Source: Macrostomum lignano
Lineage: Eukaryota
Direction: 5' to 3'
Length of the DNA: 64,000 bases
Assembly: GCA_002269645.1 (NCBI GenBank)
Contig: NIVC01001521.1
Coordinates: forward strand, 62,001 to 126,000
Positions within the stretch are counted from its first letter, which is position 1; each line of letters begins with the position of its first letter. The translations under genes and the position numbers were made by a program. This document shows, one piece after another, positions 45,757-58,500 of the stretch. The notes below the pieces were generated by a model. That model was not told where the DNA came from, did no database searches, and saw nothing but the letters and a program-made list of their open reading frames with translations.

Positions 45757-46493
45757 TCAATTTTCAGCAGCAGGAAACACCCACTGACTGACAGGCAGTC
45801 CAGAGTCAGAGCAGACCTGAGCAGCCATGAACTGCCTGTGTCTGCCAATCACTGGAAACGACACTTCATCATGTTGATTGCTAGCGGCAGCAAATTTATC
45901 TAACCAAGTCAGCAGATATTCATAAGCATCTGGTCGATTCTCTATCAATTTCATGCGAGGCAGATTTTCAGCATCTTGTCGATCTGCAGCAACATCCATT
46001 GGCAGATTGAGATAATGCAATAGCATTAGATTGGTCACATCGCGACCGTGCTGCATAGTGAATGGCGGCTTCGGCGGTCCAATACGAAATATGTAACCAA
46101 ACAGGCTGGTGAAGTTTGACGGATCTTCGCCTAGAGATTCGCGAGTCATGTCTTTGACTGGATAGTTTCCAGACAGTATTGCAGACCTCTTTGCTAGGGT
46201 TTCAGCTGATGGTTTGTACGCTTTCACGGATTCAAGTTTGGCAATGTAGTCAGAGTTGAGACCGGCACGTCTAGCCGCATCGATCACCATCTGAAGATAG
46301 CGCTTCGATGGGGTACCTTCTGTGGTGCTTTTAAAGCCTGGCTTGTTCACGTACACGTAGCCTTCAAATTGGCGACCGTCATAGCTCTCTAGAGGTACCC
46401 AGGCTTTGTCGTAGATCATCTCCACTCGGTCCATGCGATCGATCGAATCTTGGTCGGTTTCGAAAGCTACGCCGTGAACGCAATCAGTGGGCG
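45757..46493 (-). CDS. GGCT-like protein paralog B, 3' exon (first exon not in window)
   Basis: Acceptor CCCGACAG with an upstream CTAAC, then phase-1 xPTDCVHGVAFETDQDSIDRMDRVEMIY…PSKRYLQMVIDAARRAGLNSDYIAKL…YKPSAETLAKR, colinear with exons 2+3 of paralog A. The FGYGSN exon is missing and must lie beyond the satellite or be lost. Confidence 0.85.
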
Positions 46494-46584
46494 CTGTCGG
46501 GATGGGGGGGGTTGAAAATTGTTAAATTTACGGTCGTACGTGCGCTTGTTAGCGTCTTGCCGTCGATTTAGCGTGTCTACTCCG

Positions 46585-49500
46585 GTGTCTTTCGAGGTGA
46601 GTTCAGTGTGTCTTTCGAGGTGAGTTCAGTGTGTCTTTCGAGGTGAGTTCAGTGTGTCTTTCGAGGTGAGTTCAGTGTGTCTTTCGAGGTGGGATCAGTG
46701 TGTCTTTCGAGGTGAGTTCAGTGTCTTTCGGGGTGAGTTCAGTGTCTTTCGGGTGAGTTCAGTGTGTCTTTCGAGGTGAGTTCAGTGTGTCTTTCGAGGT
46801 GAGTTCAGTGTGTCTTTCGAGGTGAGTTCAGTGTGTCTTTCGAGGTGAGTTCAGTGTGTCTTTCGAGGTGGGATCAGTGTGTCTTTCGAGGTGAGTTCAG
46901 TGTCTTTCGGGTGAGTTCAGTGTCTTTCGAGGTGAGTTCAGTGTGTCTTTCGAGGTGAGTTCAGTGTGTCTTTCGAGGTGAGTTCAGTGTTCAGTGTGTC
47001 TTTCGAGGTGAGTTCAGTGTGTCTTTCGATGTGAGTTCAGTGTGTCTTTCGAGGTGAGTTCAGTGTGTCTTTCGAGGTGAGTTCAGTGTGTCTTTCGAGG
47101 TGAGTTCAGTGTGTCTTTCGAGGTGAGTTCAGTGTGTCTTTCGAGGTGAGTTCAGTGTGTCTTTCGAGGTGAGTTCAGTGTGTCTTTCGAGGTGAGTTCA
47201 GTGTGTCTTTCGAGGTGGGATCAGTGTGTCTTTCGAGGTGAGTTCAGTGTCTTTCGGGGTGAGTCAGTGTGTCTTTCGAGGTGAGTTCAGTGTGTCTTTC
47301 GAGGTGAGTTCAGTGTGTCTTTCGAGATGAGTTCAGTGTGTCTTTCGAGGTGAGTTCAGTGTGTCTTTCGAGGTGAGTTCAGTGTGTCTTTCGAGGTGAG
47401 TTCAGTGTGTCTTTCGAGGTGGGATCAGTGTGTCTTTCGAGGTGAGTTCAGTGTTCAGTGTGTCTTTCGAGGTGAGTTCAGTGTCTTTCGAGGTGAGTTC
47501 AGTGTGTCTTTCGAGGTGAGTTCAGTGTGTCTTTCGAGGTGAGTTCAGTGTTCAGTGTGTCTTTCGAGGTGAGTTCAGTGTGTCTTTCGATGTGAGTTCA
47601 GTGTGTCTTTCGAGGTGAGTTCAGTGTGTCTTTCGAGGTGAGTTCAGTGTGTCTTTCGAGATGAGTTCAGTGTGTCTTTCGAGGTGAGTTCAGTGTGTCT
47701 TTCGATGTGAGTTTAGTTGTGTCTTTCGAGGTGAGTTCAGTGTGTCTTTCGATGTGAGTTTAGTTGTGTCTTTCGAGATGAGTTCAGTGTGTCTTTCGAG
47801 GTGAGTTCAGTGTGTCTTTCGAGATGAGTTCAGTGTGTCTTTCGAGGTGAGTTCAGTGTGTCTTTCGATGTGAGTTTAGTTGTGTCTTTCGAGGTGAGTT
47901 CAGTGTGTCTTTCGATGTGAGTTTAGTTGTGTCTTTCGAGATGAGTTCAGTGTGTCTTTCGAGGTGAGTTCAGTGTGTCTTTCGAGATGAGTTCAGTGTG
48001 TCTTTCGAGGTGAGTTCAGTGTGTCTTTCGAGGTGAGTTCAGTGTGTCTTTCGAGGTGAGTTCAGTGTGTCTTTCGATGTGAGTTTAGTTGTGTCTTTCG
48101 AGGTGAGTTCAGTGTGTCTTTCGAGGTGGGATCAGTGTCTTTCGAGGTGAGTTCAGTGTGTCTTTCGAGGTGAGTTCAGTGTGTCTTTCGAGGTGAGTTC
48201 AGTGTTCAGTGTGTCTTTCGAGGTGAGTTCAGTGTGTCTTTCGATGTGAGTTCAGTGTGTCTTTCGAGGTGAGTTCAGTGTGTCTTTCGAGGTGAGTTCA
48301 GTGTGTCTTTCGAGGTGAGTTCAGTGTGTCTTTCGAGGTGAGTTCAGTGTCTTTCGGGGTGAGTTCAGTGTCTTTCGAGGTGAGTTCAGTGTGTCTTTCG
48401 AGGTGAGTTCAGTGTGTCTTTCGAGGTGAGTTCAGTGTTCAGTGTGTCTTTCGAGGTGAGTTCAGTGTGTCTTTCGATGTGAGTTCAGTGTGTCTTTCGA
48501 GGTGAGTTCAGTGTGTCTTTCGAGGTGAGTTCAGTGTGTCTTTCGAGATGAGTTCAGTGTGTCTTTCGAGGTGAGTTCAGTGTGTCTTTCGATGTGAGTT
48601 TAGTTGTGTCTTTCGAGGTGAGTTCAGTGTGTCTTTCGATGTGAGTTTAGTTGTGTCTTTCGAGATGAGTTCAGTGTGTCTTTCGAGGTGAGTTCAGTGT
48701 GTCTTTCGAGATGAGTTCAGTGTGTCTTTCGAGGTGAGTTCAGTGTGTCTTTCGATGTGAGTTTAGTTGTGTCTTTCGAGGTGAGTTCAGTGTGTCTTTC
48801 GATGTGAGTTTAGTTGTGTCTTTCGAGATGAGTTCAGTGTGTCTTTCGAGGTGAGTTCAGTGTGTCTTTCGAGATGAGTTCAGTGTGTCTTTCGAGGTGA
48901 GTTCAGTGTGTCTTTCGAGGTGAGTTCAGTGTGTCTTTCGAGGTGAGTTCAGTGTGTCTTTCGAGGTGGGATCAGTGTGTCTTTCGAGGTGAGTTCAGTG
49001 TCTTTCGGGTGAGTTCAGTGTCTTTCGAGGTGAGTTCAGTGTGTCTTTCGAGGTGAGTTCAGTGTGTCTTTCGAGGTGAGTTCAGTGTTCAGTGTGTCTT
49101 TCGAGGTGAGTTCAGTGTGTCTTTCGATGTGAGTTCAGTGTGTCTTTCGAGGTGAGTTCAGTGTGTCTTTCGAGGTGAGTTCAGTGTGTCTTTCGAGGTG
49201 AGTTCAGTGTGTCTTTCGAGGTGAGTTCAGTGTGTCTTTCGAGGTGAGTTCAGTGTGTCTTTCGAGGTGAGTTCAGTGTGTCTTTCGAGGTGAGTTCAGT
49301 GTGTCTTTCGAGGTGGGATCAGTGTGTCTTTCGAGGTGAGTTCAGTGTCTTTCGGGTGAGTTCAGTGTCTTTCGGGTGAGTTCAGTGTGTCTTTCGAGGT
49401 GAGTTCAGTGTGTCTTTCGAGGTGAGTTCAGTGTGTCTTTCGAGATGAGTTCAGTGTGTCTTTCGAGGTGAGTTCAGTGTGTCTTTCGATGTGAGTTCAG

Positions 49501-52500
49501 TGTGTCTTTCGAGGTGAGTTCAGTGTGTCTTTCGAGGTGGGATCAGTGTGTCTTTCGAGGTGAGTTCAGTGTCTTTCGGGTGAGTTCAGTGTCTTTCGAG
49601 GTGAGTTCAGTGTGTCTTTCGAGGTGAGTTCAGTGTGTCTTTCGAGGTGAGTTCAGTGTTCAGTGTGTCTTTCGAGGTGAGTTCAGTGTGTCTTTCGATG
49701 TGAGTTCAGTGTGTCTTTCGAGGTGAGTTCAGTGTGTCTTTCGAGGTGAGTTCAGTGTGTCTTTCGAGATGAGTTCAGTGTGTCTTTCGAGGTGAGTTCA
49801 GTGTGTCTTTCGATGTGAGTTTAGTGTGTCTTTCGAGGTGAGTTCAGTGTGTCTTTCGAGGTGGGATCAGTGTGTCTTTCGAGGTGAGTTCAGTGTCTTT
49901 CGGGTGAGTTCAGTGTCTTTCGAGGTGAGTTCAGTGTGTCTTTCGAGGTGAGTTCAGTGTGTCTTTCGAGGTGAGTTCAGTGTTCAGTGTGTCTTTCGAT
50001 GTGAGTTCAGTGTGTCTTTCGAGGTGAGTTCAGTGTGTCTTTCGAGGTGAGTTCAGTGTGTCTTTCGAGGTGAGTTCAGTGTGTCTTTCGAGGTGAGTTC
50101 AGTGTGTCTTTCGAGGTGAGTTCAGTGTGTCTTTCGAGGTGAGTTCAGTGTGTCTTTCGAGGTGAGTTCAGTGTGTCTTTCGAGGTGGGATCAGTGTGTC
50201 TTTCGAGGTGAGTTCAGTGTCTTTCGGGTGAGTTCAGTGTCTTTCGGGTGAGTTCAGTGTGTCTTTCGAGGTGAGTTCAGTGTGTCTTTCGAGGTGAGTT
50301 CAGTGTGTCTTTCGAGATGAGTTCAGTGTGTCTTTCGAGGTGAGTTCAGTGTGTCTTTCGAGGTGAGTTCAGTGTGTCTTTCGAGGTGAGTTCAGTGTGT
50401 CTTTCGAGGTGGGATCAGTGTGTCTTTCGAGGTGAGTTCAGTGTCTTTCGGGTGAGTTCAGTGTCTTTCGAGGTGAGTTCAGTGTGTCTTTCGAGGTGAG
50501 TTCAGTGTGTCTTTCGAGGTGAGTTCAGTGTTCAGTGTGTCTTTCGAGTGAGTTCAGTGTGTCTTTCGAGGTGAGTTCAGTGTGTCTTTCGAGATGAGTT
50601 CAGTGTGTCTTTCGAGGTGAGTTCAGTGTGTCTTTCGATGTGAGTTCAGTGTGTCTTTCGAGGTGAGTTCAGTGTGTCTTTCGATGTGAGTTTAGTGTGT
50701 CTTTCGAGGTGAGTTCAGTGTGTCTTTCGAGGTGAGTTCAGTGTGTCTTTCGAGATGAGTTCAGTGTGTCTTTCGAGGTGAGTTCAGTGTGTCTTTCGAG
50801 GTGAGTTCAGTGTGTCTTTCGAGGTGAGTTCAGTGTGTCTTTCGAGGTGGTCAGTGTGTCTTTCGAGGTGAGTTCAGTGTCTTTCGGGTGAGTTCAGTGT
50901 CTTTCGAGGTGAGTTCAGTGTGTCTTTCGAGGTGAGTTCAGTGTGTCTTTCGAGGTGAGTTCAGTGTTCAGTGTGTCTTTCGAGGTGAGTTCAGTGTGTC
51001 TTTCGAGTGAGTTCAGTGTGTCTTTCGAGGTGAGTTCAGTGTGTCTTTCGAGGTGAGTTCAGTGTGTCTTTCGAGGTGAGTTCAGTGTGTCTTTCGAGGT
51101 GAGTTCAGTGTGTCTTTCGAGGTGAGTTCAGTGTGTCTTTCGAGGTGAGTTCAGTGTGTCTTTCGAGGTGAGTTCAGTGTGTCTTTCGAGGTGAGTTCAG
51201 TGTGTCTTTCGAGGTGAGTTCAGTGTCTTTCGGGGTGAGTTCAGTGTCTTTCGAGGTGAGTTCAGTGTGTCTTTCGAGGTGAGTTCAGTGTGTCTTTCGA
51301 GGTGAGTTCAGTGTGTCTTTCGAGGTGAGTTCAGTGTGTCTTTCGAGGTGAGTTCAGTGTGTCTTTCGAGGTGAGTTCAGTGTGTCTTTCGAGGTGAGTT
51401 CAGTGTGTCTTTCGAGGTGAGTTCAGTGTTCAGTGTGTCTTTCGAGGTGAGTTCAGTGTGTCTTTCGAGGTGAGTTCAGTGTGTCTTTCGAGGTGAGTTC
51501 AGTGTGTCTTTCGAGGTGAGTTCAGTGTGTCTTTCGAGGTGAGTTCAGTGTGTCTTTCGAGGTGAGTTCAGTGTGTCTTTCGAGGTGAGTTCAGTGTGTC
51601 TTTCGAGGTGAGTTCAGTGTGTCTTTCGAGGTGAGTCAGTGTGTCTTTCGAGGTGAGTTCAGTGTCTTTCGGGGTGAGTTCAGTGTCTTTCGAGGTGAGT
51701 TCAGTGTGTCTTTCGAGGTGAGTTCAGTGTGTCTTTCGAGGTGAGTTCAGTGTGTCTTTCGAGGTGAGTTCAGTGTGTCTTTCGAGGTGAGTTCAGTGTG
51801 TCTTTCGAGGTGAGTTCAGTGTGTCTTTCGAGGTGAGTTCAGTGTGTCTTTCGAGGTGAGTTCAGTGTGTCTTTCGAGGTGAGTTCAGTGTCTTTCGGGT
51901 GAGTTCAGTGTCTTTCGAGGTGAGTTCAGTGTGTCTTTCGAGGTGAGTTCAGTGTGTCTTTCGAGGTGAGTTCAGTGTTCAGTGTGTCTTTCGAGTGAGT
52001 TCAGTGTGTCTTTCGAGGTGAGTTCAGTGTGTCTTTCGAGGTGAGTTCAGTGTGTCTTTCGAGTGAGTTCAGTGTGTCTTTCGAGGTGAGTTCAGTGTGT
52101 CTTTCGAGTGAGTTCAGTGTGTCTTTCGAGGTGAGTTCAGTGTGTCTTTCGAGGTGAGTTCAGTGTGTCTTTCGAGTGAGTTCAGTGTGTCTTTCGAGGT
52201 GAGTTCAGTGTGTCTTTCGAGTGAGTTCAGTGTGTCTTTCGAGGTGAGTTCAGTGTGTCTTTCGAGTGAGTTCAGTGTGTCTTTCGAGGTGAGTTCAGTG
52301 TGTCTTTCGAGGTGAGTTCAGTGTGTCTTTCGAGGTGAGTTCAGTGTGTCTTTCGAGGTGAGTTCAGTGTGTCTTTCGAGGTGAGTTCAGTGTGTCTTTC
52401 GAGGTGAGTTCAGTGTGTCTTTCGAGGTGAGTTCAGTGTGTCTTTCGAGGTGAGTTCAGTGTCTTTCGGGTGAGTTCAGTGTGTCTTTCGAGGTGAGTTC

Positions 52501-55500
52501 AGTGTGTCTTTCGAGGTGAGTTCAGTGTGTCTTTCGAGGTGAGTTCAGTGTTCAGTGTGTCTTTCGAGGTGAGTTCAGTGTGTCTTTCGAGTGAGTTCAG
52601 TGTGTCTTTCGAGGTGAGTTCAGTGTGTCTTTCGAGGTGAGTTCAGTGTGTCTTTCGAGGTGAGTTCAGTGTGTCTTTCGAGGTGAGTTCAGTGTGTCTT
52701 TCGAGGTGAGTTCAGTGTGTCTTTCGAGGTGAGTTCAGTGTGTCTTTCGAGGTGAGTTCAGTGTGTCTTTCGAGGTGAGTTCAGTGTGTCTTTCGAGGTG
52801 AGTTCAGTGTCTTTCGGGGTGAGTTCAGTGTCTTTCGAGGTGAGTTCAGTGTGTCTTTCGAGGTGAGTTCAGTGTGTCTTTCGAGGTGAGTTCAGTGTGT
52901 CTTTCGAGGTGAGTTCAGTGTGTCTTTCGAGGTGAGTTCAGTGTGTCTTTCGAGGTGAGTTCAGTGTGTCTTTCGAGGTGAGTTCAGTGTGTCTTTCGAG
53001 GTGAGTTCAGTGTGTCTTTCGAGGTGAGTTCAGTGTCTTTCGGGTGAGTTCAGTGTCTTTCGAGGTGAGTTCAGTGTGTCTTTCGAGGTGAGTTCAGTGT
53101 GTCTTTCGAGGTGAGTTCAGTGTGTCTTTCGAGGTGAGTTCAGTGTGTCTTTCGAGGTGAGTTCAGTGTCTTTCGAGGTGAGTTCAGTGTGTCTTTCGAG
53201 GTGAGTTCAGTGTGTCTTTCGAGGTGAGTTCAGTGTGTCTTTCGAGGTGAGTTCAGTGTGTCTTTCGAGGTGAGTTCAGTGTGTCTTTCGAGTGAGTTCA
53301 GTGTGTCTTTCGAGGTGAGTTCAGTGTGTCTTTCGAGGTGAGTTCAGTGTGTCTTTCGAGGTGAGTTCAGTGTCTTTCGGGGTGAGTTCAGTGTCTTTCG
53401 AGGTGAGTTCAGTGTGTCTTTCGAGGTGAGTTCAGTGTGTCTTTCGAGTGAGTTCAGTGTGTCTTTCGAGGTGAGTTCAGTGTGTCTTTCGAGGTGAGTT
53501 CAGTGTGTCTTTCGAGGTGAGTTCAGTGTGTCTTTCGAGGTGAGTTCAGTGTGTCTTTCGAGGTGAGTTCAGTGTGTCTTTCGAGGTGAGTTCAGTGTGT
53601 CTTTCGAGGTGAGTTCAGTGTGTCTTTCGAGGTGAGTTCAGTGTGTCTTTCGAGGTGAGTTCAGTGTGTCTTTCGAGGTGAGTTCAGTGTGTCTTTCGAG
53701 GTGAGTTCAGTGTGTCTTTCGAGGTGAGTTCAGTGTGTCTTTCGAGGTGAGTTCAGTGTGTCTTTCGAGGTGAGTTCAGTGTGTCTTTCGAGGTGAGTTC
53801 AGTGTGTCTTTCGAGGTGAGTTCAGTGTGTCTTTCGAGGTGAGTTCAGTGTGTCTTTCGAGGTGAGTTCAGTGTGTCTTTCGAGGTGAGTTCAGTGTGTC
53901 TTTCGAGGTGAGTTCAGTGTGTCTTTCGAGGTGAGTTCAGTGTGTCTTTCGAGGTGAGTTCAGTGTGTCTTTCGAGGTGAGTTCAGTGTGTCTTTCGAGG
54001 TGAGTTCAGTGTGTCTTTCGAGGTGAGTTCAGTGTGTCTTTCGAGTGAGTTCAGTGTGTCTTTCGAGGTGAGTTCAGTGTGTCTTTCGAGTGAGTTCAGT
54101 GTGTCTTTCGAGGTGAGTTCAGTGTGTCTTTCGAGGTGAGTTCAGTGTGTCTTTCGAGGTGAGTTCAGTGTGTCTTTCGAGGTGAGTTCAGTGTGTCTTT
54201 CGAGGTGAGTTCAGTGTGTCTTTCGAGGTGAGTTCAGTGTGTCTTTCGAGGTGAGTTCAGTGTCTTTCGGGGTGAGTTCAGTGTCTTTCGAGGTGAGTTC
54301 AGTGTGTCTTTCGAGGTGAGTTCAGTGTGTCTTTCGAGGTGAGTTCAGTGTGTGTGTCTTTCGAGGTGAGTTCAGTGTGTCTTTCGAGTGAGTTCAGTGT
54401 GTCTTTCGAGGTGAGTTCAGTGTGTCTTTCGAGGTGAGTTCAGTGTGTCTTTCGAGGTGAGTTCAGTGTGTCTTTCGAGGTGAGTTCAGTGTGTCTTTCG
54501 AGGTGAGTTCAGTGTGTCTTTCGAGGTGAGTTCAGTGTGTCTTTCGAGGTGAGTTCAGTGTGTCTTTCGAGGTGAGTTCAGTGTGTCTTTCGAGGTGAGT
54601 TCAGTGTCTTTCGAGGTGAGTTCAGTGTGTCTTTCGAGGTGAGTTCAGTGTGTCTTTCGAGGTGAGTTCAGTGTGTCTTTCGAGGTGAGTTCAGTGTGTC
54701 TTTCGAGGTGAGTTCAGTGTGTCTTTCGAGGTGAGTTCAGTGTGTCTTTCGAGGTGAGTTCAGTGTGTCTTTCGAGGTGAGTTCAGTGTGTCTTTCGAGG
54801 TGAGTTCAGTGTGTGTGTCTTTCGAGGTGAGTTCAGTGTGTCTTTCGAGGTGAGTTCAGTGTGTCTTTCGAGGTGAGTTCAGTGTGTCTTTCGAGGTGAG
54901 TTCAGTGTGTCTTTCGAGGTGAGTTCAGTGTGTCTTTCGAGGTGAGTTCAGTGTGTCTTTCGAGGTGAGTTCAGTGTGTCTTTCGAGGTGAGTTCAGTGT
55001 GTCTTTCGAGGTGAGTTCAGTGTGTCTTTCGAGGTGAGTTCAGTGTGTCTTTCGAGGTGAGTTCAGTGTCTTTCGAGGTGAGTTCAGTGTGTCTTTCGAG
55101 GTGAGTTCAGTGTGTCTTTCGAGGTGAGTTCAGTGTGTCTTTCGAGGTGAGTTCAGTGTGTCTTTCGAGGTGAGTTCAGTGTGTCTTTCGAGGTGAGTTC
55201 AGTGTGTCTTTCGAGGTGAGTTCAGTGTGTCTTTCGAGGTGAGTTCAGTGTGTCTTTCGAGGTGAGTTCAGTGTCTTTCGGGGTGAGTTCAGTGTCTTTC
55301 GAGGTGAGTTCAGTGTGTCTTTCGAGGTGAGTTCAGTGTGTCTTTCGAGGTGAGTTCAGTGTGTGTGTCTTTCGAGTGAGTTCAGTGTGTCTTTCGAGGT
55401 GAGTTCAGTGTGTCTTTCGAGGTGAGTTCAGTGTGTCTTTCGAGTGAGTTCAGTGTGTCTTTCGAGGTGAGTTCAGTGTGTCTTTCGAGGTGAGTTCAGT

Positions 55501-58500
55501 GTGTCTTTCGAGGTGAGTTCAGTGTGTCTTTCGAGGTGAGTTCAGTGTGTCTTTCGAGGTGAGTTCAGTGTGTCTTTCGAGGTGAGTTCAGTGTGTCTTT
55601 CGAGTGAGTTCAGTGTGTCTTTCGAGGTGAGTTCAGTGTGTCTTTCGAGTGAGTTCAGTGTGTCTTTCGAGGTGAGTTCAGTGTGTCTTTCGAGGTGAGT
55701 TCAGTGTGTCTTTCGAGGTGAGTTCAGTGTGTCTTTCGAGGTGAGTTCAGTGTGTCTTTCGAGGTGAGTTCAGTGTGTCTTTCGAGGTGAGTTCAGTGTG
55801 TCTTTCGAGGTGAGTTCAGTGTGTCTTTCGAGGTGAGTTCAGTGTCTTTCGAGGTGAGTTCAGTGTGTCTTTCGAGGTGAGTTCAGTGTGTCTTTCGAGG
55901 TGAGTTCAGTGTGTCTTTCGAGGTGAGTTCAGTGTGTGTGTCTTTCGAGGTGAGTTCAGTGTGTCTTTCGAGTGAGTTCAGTGTGTCTTTCGAGGTGAGT
56001 TCAGTGTGTCTTTCGAGGTGAGTTCAGTGTGTCTTTCGAGGTGAGTTCAGTGTGTCTTTCGAGGTGAGTTCAGTGTGTCTTTCGAGGTGAGTTCAGTGTG
56101 TCTTTCGAGGTGAGTTCAGTGTGTCTTTCGAGGTGAGTTCAGTGTGTCTTTCGAGGTGAGTTCAGTGTGTCTTTCGAGGTGAGTTCAGTGTCTTTCGGGG
56201 TGAGTTCAGTGTCTTTCGAGGTGAGTTCAGTGTGTCTTTCGAGGTGAGTTCAGTGTGTCTTTCGAGGTGAGTTCAGTGTGTCTTTCGAGGTGAGTTCAGT
56301 GTGTCTTTCGAGGTGAGTTCAGTGTGTCTTTCGAGGTGAGTTCAGTGTGTCTTTCGAGGTGAGTTCAGTGTGTCTTTCGAGGTGAGTTCAGTGTGTCTTT
56401 CGAGGTGAGTTCAGTGTCTTTCGAGGTGAGTTCAGTGTGTCTTTCGAGGTGAGTTCAGTGTGTCTTTCGAGGTGAGTTCAGTGTGTCTTTCGAGGTGAGT
56501 TCAGTGTGTCTTTCGAGGTGAGTTCAGTGTGTCTTTCGAGGTGAGTTCAGTGTGTCTTTCGAGGTGAGTTCAGTGTGTCTTTCGAGGTGAGTTCAGTGTG
56601 TCTTTCGAGGTGAGTTCAGTGTGTCTTTCGAGGTGAGTTCAGTGTGTCTTTCGAGGTGAGTTCAGTGTGTCTTTCGAGGTGAGTTCAGTGTGTCTTTCGA
56701 GGTGAGTTCAGTGTGTCTTTCGAGGTGAGTTCAGTGTGTCTTTCGAGGTGAGTTCAGTGTGTCTTTCGAGGTGAGTTCAGTGTGTCTTTCGAGGTGAGTT
56801 CAGTGTGTCTTTCGAGGTGAGTTCAGTGTGTCTTTCGAGGTGAGTTCAGTGTGTCTTTCGAGGTGAGTTCAGTGTGTCTTTCGAGGTGAGTTCAGTGTGT
56901 CTTTCGAGGTGAGTTCAGTGTGTCTTTCGAGGTGAGTTCAGTGTGTCTTTCGAGGTGAGTTCAGTGTGTCTTTCGAGGTGAGTTCAGTGTGTCTTTCGAG
57001 GTGAGTTCAGTGTGTCTTTCGAGGTGAGTTCAGTGTGTCTTTCGAGGTGAGTTCAGTGTGTCTTTCGAGGTGAGTTCAGTGTGTCTTTCGAGGTGAGTTC
57101 AGTGTCTTTCGAGGTGAGTTCAGTGTGTCTTTCGAGGTGAGTTCAGTGTGTCTTTCGAGGTGAGTTCAGTGTGTGTGTCTTTCGAGGTGAGTTCAGTGTG
57201 TCTTTCGAGGTGAGTTCAGTGTGTCTTTCGAGGTGAGTTCAGTGTGTCTTTCGAGTGAGTTCAGTGTGTCTTTCGAGGTGAGTTCAGTGTGTCTTTCGAG
57301 TGAGTTCAGTGTGTCTTTCGAGGTGAGTTCAGTGTGTCTTTCGAGGTGAGTTCAGTGTGTCTTTCGAGGTGAGTTCAGTGTGTCTTTCGAGGTGAGTTCA
57401 GTGTGTCTTTCGAGTGAGTTCAGTGTGTCTTTCGAGGTGAGTTCAGTGTGTCTTTCGAGTGAGTTCAGTGTGTCTTTCGAGGTGAGTTCAGTGTGTCTTT
57501 CGAGGTGAGTTCAGTGTGTCTTTCGAGGTGAGTTCAGTGTGTCTTTCGAGGTGAGTTCAGTGTGTCTTTCGAGGTGAGTTCAGTGTGTCTTTCGAGGTGA
57601 GTTCAGTGTGTCTTTCGAGGTGAGTTCAGTGTGTCTTTCGAGGTGAGTTCAGTGTGTCTTTCGAGGTGAGTTCAGTGTCTTTCGAGGTGAGTTCAGTGTG
57701 TCTTTCGAGGTGAGTTCAGTGTGTCTTTCGAGGTGAGTTCAGTGTTCAGTGTGTCTTTCGAGGTGAGTTCAGTGTGTCTTTCGATGTGAGTTCAGTGTGT
57801 CTTTCGAGGTGAGTTCAGTGTGTCTTTCGAGGTGAGTTCAGTGTGTCTTTCGAGGTGAGTTCAGTGTGTCTTTCGAGGTGAGTTCAGTGTGTCTTTCGAG
57901 GTGAGTTCAGTGTGTCTTTCGAGGTGAGTTCAGTGTGTCTTTCGAGGTGAGTTCAGTGTGTCTTTCGAGGTGAGTTCAGTGTGTCTTTCGAGGTGAGTTC
58001 AGTGTGTCTTTCGAGGTGAGTTCAGTGTGTCTTTCGAGGTGAGTTCAGTGTGTCTTTCGAGGTGAGTTCAGTGTGTCTTTCGAGGTGAGTTCAGTGTGTC
58101 TTTCGAGGTGAGTTCAGTGTGTCTTTCGAGGTGAGTTCAGTGTGTCTTTCGAGGTGAGTTCAGTGTGTCTTTCGAGGTGAGTTCAGTGTGTCTTTCGAGG
58201 TGAGTTCAGTGTGTGTGTCTTTCGAGGTGAGTTCAGTGTGTCTTTCGAGGTGAGTTCAGTGTGTCTTTCGAGGTGAGTTCAGTGTGTCTTTCGAGGTGAG
58301 TTCAGTGTGTCTTTCGAGGTGAGTTCAGTGTGTCTTTCGAGGTGAGTTCAGTGTGTCTTTCGAGGTGAGTTCAGTGTGTCTTTCGAGGTGAGTTCAGTGT
58401 GTCTTTCGAGGTGAGTTCAGTGTGTCTTTCGAGGTGAGTTCAGTGTGTCTTTCGAGGTGAGTTCAGTGTGTCTTTCGAGGTGAGTTCAGTGTGTCTTTCG

